Shown here: in pieces, positions 21,520-31,900 of the stretch
Position numbering within the stretch: the first letter of the stretch is position 1
Layout of the letters: every line of letters begins with the position of its first letter
Assembly: GCA_023334545.1 (NCBI GenBank)
Contig: JAADVB010000163.1
Coordinates: forward strand, 1 to 43,276
Reading direction: 5' to 3'
Source: Salisapilia sapeloensis CBS 127946
Taxonomy: Eukaryota; Protista; Oomycota
Length of the DNA stretch: 43,276 nucleotides
The notes under the pieces: model-generated
Seen by the model: only the letters and a program-made list of their open reading frames with translations
What the model was told of the DNA's origin: nothing
Database searches by the model: none
Position numbers and translations under genes: made by a program

Positions 21520-23299
21520 CTACCTCTTCCTCCCGGTTGCCCTCACTGGACCCTTACGCGGCGGGCCTCTTGCAACATTATCTCGCTGTGACTTCTCTCG
21601 GCAGAATGGAATGTGCCGTTCAGCTGCTTTCTCGTTAAAGCGCCGAGTACAATACTCGCATTGAATTAGACTTGGATCTGGTGCCGACGGAATCGGCGGA
21701 GGAAGTTCCTTGCCTTCCTTGATTGCCTGCGACACGTCCTTGTTCGCTTTCATAGCATTCCGGAACATGTCACTCTTCTGCTTCCAGCTTGCTCCCTTCG
21801 GCTTGATGATCTGACTGTCTGCACCAAATCCCTTGGGTTTATTGCTAGAGGCCTTGCTCTTCTTTGCGATCTGTTCCGCTTCCGTTCCTTCCAATCGTTT
21901 CGCGGTCATATTGAACACTTTCCGAGTTCCTGAGAACACCTTCTTGCATACTCGTCCATGCTTTTCCAGAACACTCAGATTGAACGTTCTATTGCAGTTC
22001 GCGCACTGACCCTTCTCTTCTTCCTCTTCAGCGTACTCGTCCTAGATCACATGCCAAGTTACTATTTCAAAACCAATAACAACTTTAATGCATACAGGCA
22101 TACCACATGGATAGCTCCACGCGTCAGAGGCGGTGGCTGAGGTATAGTCTCTCTATCTTCCTCAGACTGTTGCTCCAAAGGCGGTTCAATAGGCGCCTCC
22201 TTTCGAACACGGGAAGCTGGAGTACGCTTCGACTGTGGTGGCTCAGGAGCTGGTTTTTTCATTCGACCATTCGTAGTAGCAGCTTGTCTATCTCGTGCGA
22301 CTGGTTCTCTAGCGCTCTGAACAACAGGCTGACGAACAGCGGGCTCCGTCATGAGTAACCCGTCATTTGTCGGGGCACTTCGAGCTTTCCGTCTCGCCAT
22401 CTTTGCCTTTAAAAGTGACAAAGAGTTCTCCATCTCACCCGCGTTCGAACTCGCATACGGGTCTACTTGCTGAGGAGATGGATAGCGTCGACTGCGATTC
22501 TGTTCCACATCGCGACGTCGTGGTGGGCGTACCGCAGGACTGGGTGTCATGGTAGAGTTGGCATCATTCATCGCTACCCCACTGCACTTTGGGCATTGGC
22601 AACTAGAGTTACGAAGGCACGGTCCAGAATGTGCTTTTTGAGCTCCACCGTTGGAGGAGTTGCCCTTCGGTCCGACTGGTGTCTCGTCATGGATCTCCAT
22701 ACCAGTAGCGCGTTTTACTTCCCGAAACAACGAATCATGGTCTGAGTTTGATCATTTGAATATAAGATGGAAATATCTCCACCTCATCTTGAGATATAGT
22801 CAAGAGGCATACCTGATTGTAGCTCGGCTGGAGCTGACAGCTCTTGCTCGGGATTCTGACGCGGTTGACGCTTCGGATACCGTCCAGACAGCTGATCCAG
22901 TGAGTCTGAATCATCGAAGCTGTCTCCGCCCTGGTTGTTGTTGCCGTAGTGAGATTGCTGATGCAAAGGCGGTCGATTTCCACCAGGAGCATGCATACCA
23001 TCACGCGGGTTGGTAGGTTTGTTGAATCGACGCCGAGTCGGATCGTCGTATCCATCACCTCCAGCGTCAGGCACAGGCCGGTTCCGAGGATTTACCCTTC
23101 ACATCAAAATTAGCAAGAGGGAGCTTTGCTGCTTCGAGCAAGTAGCATATAGAAGGAAACGTTACTTGGGAATGAACGTATGCTCTTCAGATACGGCCCC
23201 TTGCTGCCGTTGTGACCGTATATATTGAGCCTTCTCTCTCTTCTCCTGCTGCCTCCGCGCGTAGTCTGTAGGGTCATATCGACTTCTAGCTGTTGACAT
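21520..23299 (-). CDS. ZC2HC1: ZC2HC1/FAM164-like protein with two C2HC zinc fingers; 4 exons
   Basis: Last exon has QCANCNRTFNLSVLEKHGRVCKKVF and IQCEYCTRRFNEKAAERHIPFC, separated by WKQKSDMFRNAMK. Upstream exons are low-complexity with one CxxxxxCxCxxC cluster. Confidence 0.8.
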
Positions 23300-23575
23300 G
23301 CCCGATGGAATGTCCTCTTGAAGGTTGGACTTTACCTCTGGAGGGTGAGATGAAGAATACTACACCCTCAGGTGCTATCATTCACTCGTAGTAAAACTAA
23401 AAATATCTTTTTTAAATATATCTTTCCTGGTCGTTAAGTGCGACCTAGAGAGACTCTACGATCTCCTGTCACGACGTCTCCTCACATGAACCCAACTATA
23501 ACGCATAGGATTTTGGCATAAAGCATTCAAAATGCAAGTATAAGTGTTAGATTTGTACTCTAGCAGAGCAGTGGC

Positions 23576-24937
23576 TTATCTGCCGGAATTGGCGAGCAAA
23601 TCAGTCACGACGTCTCGAACCCACGGTTGAGAGAACTGCTGCGGATGTGGAATGGAAAACTCGTCCGCTTCCACTTCGGCAGTCAATATCTGCTGGTCAG
23701 CCTGCTGAGACTTTTCTACGTCCCGTAGGAATCCGCACGGATCGCTGCTCATTTCATCCATCCACTCCATCTTCTGCTGCACTTCCCCAAGGCGACCCAC
23801 AAGCTCCTCTTCCTGTCTCTTCAACAGATCCATCTCTTTCTCCATATCCGTTTCCAAGTCGTCCACTTCCGCCAAAGCAGCGCTCCTGGTCTTGGAAAGC
23901 GCGTCCACACCGCCAGTGCCGATCGAGCTACTCGACGACGCACCTCCAAACTCAACGTCAACGATCCTCTCTTCCAGCACCTCCTGCTCACACGCTTTAT
24001 CAAGAGGCAAGGCAAACTCCATGCTGACGCTACGCACAGGCGTCAAGTGTGGAGTGAGTGCTGCGACGATGGAAGAGAATGGAATGGAAATGCAGTGGAG
24101 GAGACTCCCCAGAGCATGATCGCATACGACCACGCGGCAGTCGTCATCTTTGATCAAGTTGTGGTGCTTAATGTATTCCCAAATGGCAAAGACGATCGCT
24201 CGCTTGGAATGCGTTTCGGCATCGCCGAGGTTGGGCGACAGAATCTTCTTCAGCTCGTCCGACAGAGAAAACTTTTCCGTCGAGCTCACAGGGAATAGCT
24301 GCACTCGAACAGTGTTCGGCGTCTGCCCCATGCGACTTACCTCAATACCATCTACCGTCTGGCCGGGCTTCTTGAAGCTTGTCCACTAGATCAGAGCAGA
24401 GCATGAATTGGAGCCACTAGTTAAAAAACAGAACGATCTACCTCAATGTTTGAGTCCGAGTACACGCGTGGGTCCAGCTCGAACACGCACTTGCGAAAGC
24501 AGTTGGCAAAGTTCACGACGGAGGATTTTCCGACAGATGCATCAACGGCTTCCACTCGTAGCGTCCATTTCCCAGGCTTTCCCGGTTTGTCCTCTTCGTC
24601 CTCCACAGGCATGGTGTAGGAATACAGCACTTTTACTCGCAACCGCTTAGGTTCTCCCTACACAACACCACTCTTTATAAGTCTGCATTTATCAATCATT
24701 GCATGCAACAATGTACTTGCTGCGGATACAGTCGATGGCCGCGAAGATCTCGCGTCATGGTCTGCAATTTGTCATCCAGCCGCCTATGCACATCATCCAC
24801 ACGGCGGAGAGCATCGAGCTCCTGCTGGAGTCGCCAGTCGGCTGCCAGGATACTCTAAGTACAATTTGCAGCTATTAGTCATCGGCATGCAGCGCTGGTG
24901 CTTGGATGCAAAGGCGACGTACGGTCGGAATAGGCAT
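23576..24937 (-). CDS. SMARCD: SWIB-domain SWI/SNF subunit (SMARCD/BAF60/SWP73-like); 4 exons
   Basis: Spliced KRLRVKVLYSY, WTLRVE, FRKCVFELDP, IEW, DGIEVSR, FSLSDELKKIL, SKRAIVFAIWEYIKHHNL (SWIB), MDEMSSDPCGFL, FSQPWVRDVV. Confidence 0.82.
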
Positions 24938-25054
24938 TGTGTCTCAAGAGTCCTCGGCACCCAGCGTCCTTGGTCAATACAAAAACGCAGTCAGGGGAGT
25001 ACCGTCAACGTCACTTTACAACAGAAGGGGCATGCATGACATAATAATTTGAAG

Positions 25055-25077
25055 GCACCCATCAAGCACCCATCAAG
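25055..25077. repeat. 11-bp tandem duplication (GCACCCATCAA x2) in the SMARCD/tetraspanin divergent spacer
   Basis: GCACCCATCAAGCACCCATCAAG read directly from the sequence. Confidence 0.85.
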
Positions 25078-25149
25078 TTCAGGTTGGAAGTCAGTTTGAG
25101 TATTTCTTGCCACGAAGACTTCGTCGCTGTCAACAGGAGTACCTCGTCT

Positions 25150-25240
25150 GCGCCGCTTGCCTACTCAGCTATTCTTCGCATCAGCAAGTCTTCGTGTCTG
25201 TCGACCAGACTACTTCGATTGCGCCACTTGCCTACTCAGC
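25150..25240 (+). repeat. 20-bp direct repeat pair GCGCCRCTTGCCTACTCAGC upstream of the tetraspanin ATG
   Basis: Copies at 25150-25169 and 25221-25240, one mismatch, period 71 bp. Confidence 0.85.
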
Positions 25241-25313
25241 ATTTCCATTGCAACAGCACGACATCCGATAGACCGATCGTAAAACCATTCTTTCCCCAGA
25301 AAAACATTTTCCG

Positions 25314-26300
25314 ATGCTAGAAGAGTCTCGGCCGTCGAAAGACCAGACCGATGTCGGCTCTGTCCTCATCAATATCGGGAAAATCATCCTTTTGCTGCTC
25401 AACGTCGCTTTTGTGATTTGCGGCGCCATCCTAGTTTACTTTAGCAACCGCGTCAAGACCAGTGGATGGCTCGATGCCTTTGACGGAGACTACGAGTGGA
25501 TTGGCACCACCGCTTTTGTGTTTCTCCTCATCGTCGGTGTTGTCGTCATTCTACTATCGATCCTAGGCTTTTTCGGTGCGCTGCTTCAGAACCGGATCAT
25601 GTTGCTAGCGTACATGATCGCGCTCGTTATTACTGCAGTCTTTTTCATTGTCGTCGCCGTCGGTGGCGCCAAGACGGATGGGAAAGCAAAGGACTGGGCA
25701 AGCTCTTCTTATCCTGCCGTCGAGTCGGAAGAAACTGTCGGATCGAATTTCAATCAGCTCTACTGTCTATCTCAAGTTCCGTACTACTGTGAAGACGCTC
25801 CTGTTGCTGATGTCTTCTCCCTCTTTGGCTATTCTACAGAAGGCTTCTCTGGATACTTTGGTCCCACCACATCCAACATTACTAGTCTCTGTGGAGTGTT
25901 AGCTGTCGATGCTGTCGACACGATCTGCAAAGTCTGTGATAAAGCTTCCGAGTACGACTCTTACAAACCTGTGGTGGACTGGGCAGAGGGCAAATGCCCT
26001 CGTAACAAGGAAAACCAGCTATGGTGCGGAAAGCTCGTGTTGGAGGTCACTGGAATGGACGGCTCTGGGTCTGGAGAAGCTACCTCCGGTATCGGGCCTT
26101 CTGGATCCGAAGACCCGGTAGAACACGGCGCTCCTTACTCCCAGTGCCGTGACGTATTCCTTGACCTCGTGTCGAAGTGGAGTTCGTTACTACTGGATGT
26201 TAGTATCGTGATCATCGTCATCCTCGTCGTCTTGGCAGCATTCACATGGTACTTCCGAAGCAAATCGACCGACAGCGGTAGTCGCAACCTGATCCAGTAG
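25314..26300 (+). CDS. Tetraspanin-like four-TM protein; intronless
   Basis: TM1 ILLLLNVAFVICGAILV, TM2 ending LSILGFFGA, TM3 starting RIMLLAY, a large 8-Cys extracellular loop, TM4, and a short basic tail. Confidence 0.8.
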   Translation: MLEESRPSKDQTDVGSVLINIGKIILLLLNVAFVICGAILVYFSNRVKTSGWLDAFDGDYEWIGTTAFVFLLIVGVVVILLSILGFFGALLQNRIMLLAYMIALVITAVFFIVVAVGGAKTDGKAKDWASSSYPAVESEETVGSNFNQLYCLSQVPYYCEDAPVADVFSLFGYSTEGFSGYFGPTTSNITSLCGVLAVDAVDTICKVCDKASEYDSYKPVVDWAEGKCPRNKENQLWCGKLVLEVTGMDGSGSGEATSGIGPSGSEDPVEHGAPYSQCRDVFLDLVSKWSSLLLDVSIVIIVILVVLAAFTWYFRSKSTDSGSRNLIQ

Positions 26301-26401
26301 CGCTCGACCGAGTACGCATTAATTATCCTCTGGGGCATTTTGGACCATATAATCAAGCGACAGACAAATCAAAACATAGCTCCAGTTTGTTTGTTGCTAA
26401 C

Positions 26402-28852
26402 CTATTCTAAATCCTTCTTGTCTTCATCTACTTGTGTGCAAAGCGTAAGGAAAGACGTCATCTCGAGTTTCCCAGTCGCGAGCGGGTCTTGGATGAAGAA
26501 CTGACGCGTGCGGTTACGTCGTCGCTGCTTGTTGTTCTTGTGCTGCTCTTTCATCTGCTTGTCGTGAAGCGGATTCTTTCCAGGCACCTTCACTCTTGGT
26601 TCGAACTTAGTCGCGGTCTCGGCATGCGCATACTTCTCTAGCAGTGCCTCCGTGCTTTCGTTCGCAGCCGACGGAAGTAGCTGAGCTGTGGCCTTGGCGT
26701 ACGTCACGACAGCCGGGTGCCAGTGCTTCTGCAGCAGTGTCAGTTCCCAGCAGGCACTCGCGTACGGGTTCGCAAAGTCCGGGTCGTCCACATCTCCTCT
26801 GTACTCGCCCGACACGACTCGGTCGGCGTCTCCCTCCAGCAGCTGCTGCACCTTTCGATATCGATGGAACAGCGACCGGACGATCACCAGCGTTGCGATG
26901 GCTCCGGCAGGAGGCAGGTGGCAGCTAATCGCTAGCAATCGTTTAACGAAGGCAGCCACTCGGTCCACGACGATCTCCTTGCGTCTCAAGAACGCCACTT
27001 CGACGCACTCCAATGCAACCTTGAGCTCATCCACACTTGTACTCGACAATCGAGGCAGGAGTCTGTACAGCACGTCAATGAACTCCTTTTCGTCCACCAG
27101 TAGCTCCTGTCCAGGCCCCTGTAGGGTCTTGAGCCCAACCAGAATAGCGTTGAGAGCCGCATCCAGAGGATACGCGTCTTCCTTGAGTCCGACCTTTAGT
27201 ACCTTGAGCAAGTCGATCATAATGTCCAGATTGATGAGAAAAGCGAACTTTGCCAGTCCTCGCAAGACAGCTGGAAGCGCCTGCGAGTACGTTGCCTGCT
27301 TCAGGATACGGAAATAGATCAGCACGAGCTCGTGCAGAATGTCGGCCTGGGCCCTTCCTTTCTCGTTCGGGTCCACGACAGCCTCCGCTTCCTTCAGGTT
27401 GGCAGCAATGGCGTCTCCATGCTCATGCTGACTCTTCTTCCGTTTCTTACGATCGGACTTGGCGCGCTTCCGAGCCTGCTCTCCTTCTTCCATTGTCACG
27501 GCAAGTGGTAGACGCAGGAACGCATCCAACAAGGTACCTTTGACGCGATGCTGCTTCTGCTTGACGTACGACGAGACCTGTTTGACGATCTCAAGGGACG
27601 AACTGAAGCTCTTGTCTGCACGGAAGACTGCTTCAAACGCAGTACACGCTGGCTTGCGCAGACTGTCGATGCCTGCGTCGGCGAACGGAACGAGGGCTAT
27701 GATGAGGTTCAAGTGGAAGTTAAACGCATACTTTTTTTGAAGCAGCTCCGACAGACACTTGACACCGACTTCTGCCAAAGACAGAGCACGCTGTTCATCC
27801 GCAGTCTCTGGCGTACGCTGCTCGGACGCACTGGCAGTCTGGTAGGACAGTTTCTTCAGTCCGTCCGTTGCGACTTTGCTGCAGTACTTGAGGAAAGTCT
27901 GGTAGGCATTCAAGAGAGACCGTTCATAGTCCTGTAGCTGCTTCACCTGCTTCTTAAGAGGTCGGCTCTTGCCGTCTTTCATCTCGTTGTCATTGTTTAG
28001 CACACGAATGCGGTAGTCTGGCAAAATATCCAACAAGACGGAAAGCATGGACAGCATACTGAGCTTCTGTACGGTCAGGTCTGGATCCTTGGTCAAGTTC
28101 TGGAGCTGCTGCATCTTGCTCAACTCTTCCTCGTGAGTCTTGTCCTTTCTCAACGCTTCCTCTGGGCTTTCAAGAATGCTTTCACTCAATTGAGCAATCT
28201 CGATCTTCTTGTTCCGCAAACGAGCCAAGCGCTGCTTTTGCAAGTCTACTTGCGAAAGCTTGGGCTGTTCCACTGGAGCTTCTTCTTCTTTACCGGTGTC
28301 ATCCTGGACTTCTTCAAACTCCATTTCAGACACGTCCGAGTCGAGCTCGTCGTCATTGTCCTCTGTCTCTGGCTCTTCAGTAGCCACTTTCTGCTTGACC
28401 ACAGGCTTGGACGGCTTGGAAGAGCTTTCGGACGCAAAGCGAATACTACCGTCCATTAGCTTTACAGGAAGTTTGTTCGTGTCGTCCTGGTGCTTTTCCC
28501 ATTGAGCCTTTCGTGGCATGGCCTCCAGCTTTTCGAATGGCACACTGTCATCTTCCTCCGTTTTCACCGGTTCCTTTACCTTTTTAACATCCTTCTTCGA
28601 CTGCACCTGCTTGCTCAATGCTTTTGGGTCCATTCTCATAAGAAAGTTGGATGCAGTCGCATGGTTTTCGAAAAACTCTCGGTCTTCCTCACCAACTTCG
28701 ACATCCTGATCGTCATTGTCATGCTTCACTGCCGGTTTCTCTTTCGGAACAACCTTTTGCTTCTTATTAGCAGCAGGTGCGTTCTTCTTATTGCCCTGTT
28801 TGCTCTTGCTCTTGGAGCTCGAGGCAGTAGATGCAGTCCTCTTCTTGCCCAT
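26402..28852 (-). CDS. NOC3L: Nucleolar complex protein 3 homolog (NOC3, CBF/Mak21 domain); intronless
   Basis: Basic N-terminus, LPVK motif, KKIEIAQLSESILESPE, DILPDYRIR, FNFHLNL, IYFRILK, GLAKFAFLIN, PDFANPYASACWEL. ATG at 28852; the track start at 28870 is TTG. Confidence 0.9.
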   Translation of the reverse strand: MGKKRTASTASSSKSKSKQGNKKNAPAANKKQKVVPKEKPAVKHDNDDQDVEVGEEDREFFENHATASNFLMRMDPKALSKQVQSKKDVKKVKEPVKTEEDDSVPFEKLEAMPRKAQWEKHQDDTNKLPVKLMDGSIRFASESSSKPSKPVVKQKVATEEPETEDNDDELDSDVSEMEFEEVQDDTGKEEEAPVEQPKLSQVDLQKQRLARLRNKKIEIAQLSESILESPEEALRKDKTHEEELSKMQQLQNLTKDPDLTVQKLSMLSMLSVLLDILPDYRIRVLNNDNEMKDGKSRPLKKQVKQLQDYERSLLNAYQTFLKYCSKVATDGLKKLSYQTASASEQRTPETADEQRALSLAEVGVKCLSELLQKKYAFNFHLNLIIALVPFADAGIDSLRKPACTAFEAVFRADKSFSSSLEIVKQVSSYVKQKQHRVKGTLLDAFLRLPLAVTMEEGEQARKRAKSDRKKRKKSQHEHGDAIAANLKEAEAVVDPNEKGRAQADILHELVLIYFRILKQATYSQALPAVLRGLAKFAFLINLDIMIDLLKVLKVGLKEDAYPLDAALNAILVGLKTLQGPGQELLVDEKEFIDVLYRLLPRLSSTSVDELKVALECVEVAFLRRKEIVVDRVAAFVKRLLAISCHLPPAGAIATLVIVRSLFHRYRKVQQLLEGDADRVVSGEYRGDVDDPDFANPYASACWELTLLQKHWHPAVVTYAKATAQLLPSAANESTEALLEKYAHAETATKFEPRVKVPGKNPLHDKQMKEQHKNNKQRRRNRTRQFFIQDPLATGKLEMTSFLTLCTQVDEDKKDLE

Positions 28853-28945
28853 GCCTTTGTCCGTCTCCAACCAAATTGGTTTAAAGTGTCAACGTTACAA
28901 ACTTGTTTTCAAACTTTAACGAACCGAAAGAAAAAGAAAAGAGAA

Positions 28946-31900
28946 CTACCAAAATGGACACCAGCCATAATAGAGCTGGCATAAATTCTCATGCGACGTC
29001 GCCTGCTGGATGAGGCGTTCCACCTGCGCATCCACGCTGAGCACCTTGGATCCATTGCCAAAGTCGCGTCCGACAAGCTTCTTTTGGACGCGATCCACGA
29101 CGCTCAGCGCTTTTTCATTGAGCTGCGGCTGGGTTGCCAGATCCTGCAGGCTCTGCGCTTCCGCCTTCTTCGTCTCCGGAATACTGTTCCTCGCCAAGCT
29201 CGATCCGTTCAAAGCACTCATGTTGAAGTTGAACATGGCTTCCGACGATGAGTGTCTTCTCCTCGAGTTAGACGCGTTGCTCTGGTTTTCGTCGCCGTCT
29301 TCCCGAGACTCACCCTCGTTGCTCTCGGTCGCGTCCTCGCTAATCTCCGTCTCCGTCTGCGTTCCACTAGTGCCAGCTCTCTCCGTCCCCTCCTCATCCG
29401 CTGCGGACGTCGTAGTGTCTTCATCCTGCGGTCGAGCATGCGACGGAACTGCATCCTTTTTGAGCAGTCTCCAGTTAATGAGAGGATCGTATACGAAAGC
29501 TTCCAGCACAGCCAGAAGACTGTCACGGTTGTCTCGCAGCACGCGCATAGAGTCCTCACACGTCGATCGGAAGTTGCCTTCGATGCCACTCACCTCCATG
29601 GCGTGTGTGAGCATGCGTGTGAGTCGGAAAGGCACTTTCTCCGGGTACTTGTCTCGCTCCATGGCTACTTCGAAGCAGTCGCCAAAGTCAATGTGGACCA
29701 TCTTGCCGGACACTCGGTCCAGCATCAAGTTACTCGGGTGACGATCGCCCAGTCCTAAGATGTAGCCTGCCATCGACATGACAGCCAGCGAACGCGTAAA
29801 GTTGCGTCGACGGTCGAGCCACACTTCCGAGTCCTGGGACTTAAGCCACAGGACGCGATACAGATCCTGTCCTGTCGTCTGGCCCAAGGCGCACTTGAAA
29901 GCCTCTACCTTTTGCATCAACGGCAGTTTGTCGTAGTCTGGCGCCATCTGCACCATCAACCGATGCTCGACGTTAAGCTGGATTTTGCGGGCTTCTCGGT
30001 AGTCTCGAATGAGTTGATGCAGCGTATCGCAGTTAGGCACCCAGCCGATGAGACCGCTTGAGTGGGACAAGGGGAGTACACTGTATCGCTCGATGGCCAA
30101 GTTCCGCTTACTCGTGACATTGTCATTAGCCAGGAGCGTGTTAATAACTCCGAAAAGCTGCATGACACGCTCATCCTGTCGTAGATCCTCATGACCCTTG
30201 AGCAGGAAGGGGTATGAGTTGCCGTCGCTGCCGTTGATCGTGACCTTTCGAGGTCGCTGCTTACTGCTCAGCACCGACACTTTGCTTTCAAAGGACGAGA
30301 TGCGGACAATCGGGGCGCCAGCCTTGTACGTACCGGGTACTGCCAAGCTCAAATTCTGCACTGACAGCAGCTTCGGTCCGACGTTCGCCAGCTCCAGAGT
30401 CGACAGGTTAGCGAGTTGCTTGCGGATCTTGGAGAAGATGCTGTAGTACAAGTCCCACGCCTGATTCAGGTCGTCCGTGTTACCGGACTTTTCAAACACG
30501 TCCGTCCATGCTTTGGCGGTGCTCAGATCCCGCGCAAATGCTTGACAGAAGGCCACCTCTCGAAGGGTGGGTGCCTCGTCCACGCCGATGTTGTTCATCT
30601 TTTCGTGCAGCGGTGCCAGCTCTGCAATCATAGACACAGCATCGCGGTTGTTGAAGTAGTGTTTCGACGCCTCCTCGAGGGCGCCGTACCAGAGCTCATT
30701 CCAAAGAATGGCAACGCGGATGAGTTCTCGAGACACCATGTCCGCTTCGTGCACTAGTCGAGACGAGTGCTTTCTCACAGCAGCCAAGATACCTTCTGCA
30801 GCAGTCTTCCGGCCTGGATTGACGGCCTTGGACGCCACCGTGATGGGGTAAATGAGTGCTTGAGGATGCGCTAGTCCAATTCGGGACAGAAGTTCGTTCA
30901 ATAGTTCGTTCATTGTCGGATTCGGCGAATCGATTCGAGCGATGAGCTGAGGGATGACGTCGAGCCATGTGTCGATAGTCACGTCATGGAAACCGTTGCT
31001 CATTGCAGCGTGGACGTCGGATCTGTGGCCGTTGGCAAACCACAGCGTCAGGAGACGTAGAACATCTTTCGTGACGTCGTACCGTGTGTCTCCAAACGAA
31101 ATGGAGCGGAAGAAACCGTGAATAGCTGGTGCTGCGAACTTTCTTCCTGCACCGGCGTCGCTCGCGTCCTTGGTACTGGCGTCAAGTGCTCGGAAGTTGA
31201 GCAGCGCCCACTCGTGCCATGCGCGGTGGTTGGTAGGGTCCAGTCGCGTGGCCTGCTCTAAACATGAAAGCGCCTGGTCAAAGAGACCGTCGTTCTGTTC
31301 ATCAACAGTGGACATCTGCCATTCACCCAGTTGGATGTACACCTGGACGCGGAGTTTGATAAGATCCTCGCTCATGTCGTCCCCGTGTTTCTCCAACGCG
31401 TCGATAAAGTGTCGGATCTGCTGCAACGCCACGTCTTCGCGACCTTCCGCCCACAGATGCTGGAAGTAGCTAAAAGCTACTCTTGGATCCGGACTGGACC
31501 CGTCGGCCAGCGTCAGATTGGCACCGGCCGTCGGATTCACGTTGAGCTGGAGAGCAGAGTATGGGTCTTCCTGGATGCTGCGGACGAACGGATCGACGCC
31601 GACTCTTCGAAGAGCATTGATCGACAGGTTGAGTTGCCCAGACTTGCGGCACAGACGAGCGTACTTGAGCCAGACGTCGACGTCTTCACGTGGATCAAAC
31701 ACTAGGGAGCGGACGAGCATGAGGTCCTGCCACACTTGCAGGTTTCGGTCCACGCCAAGCAATCGCTTTGTCCACGTCGACTGTAGTTTGTGTAGCGCAG
31801 CTGACTTTTCGATCGCATAGCTATGGGAGGAAGCTTCGGATACAAAGTTGAGGCTGCTGATGCTCTGCTTACGCCTTGACGCAGTCGGCTGCAGTGTTAC

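Noticed and set aside
23341-23369. GAGGGTG...CACCCTC inverted repeat upstream of ZC2HC1
   Set aside because: A 7-bp stem is expected by chance in 43 kb. There is no target-site duplication or second copy to suggest a MITE.
28853-28948. TOR-NOC3 translational fusion or read-through protein
   Set aside because: The FATC ends canonically at WCPFW*, and the spacer contains a stop in the NOC3 frame.
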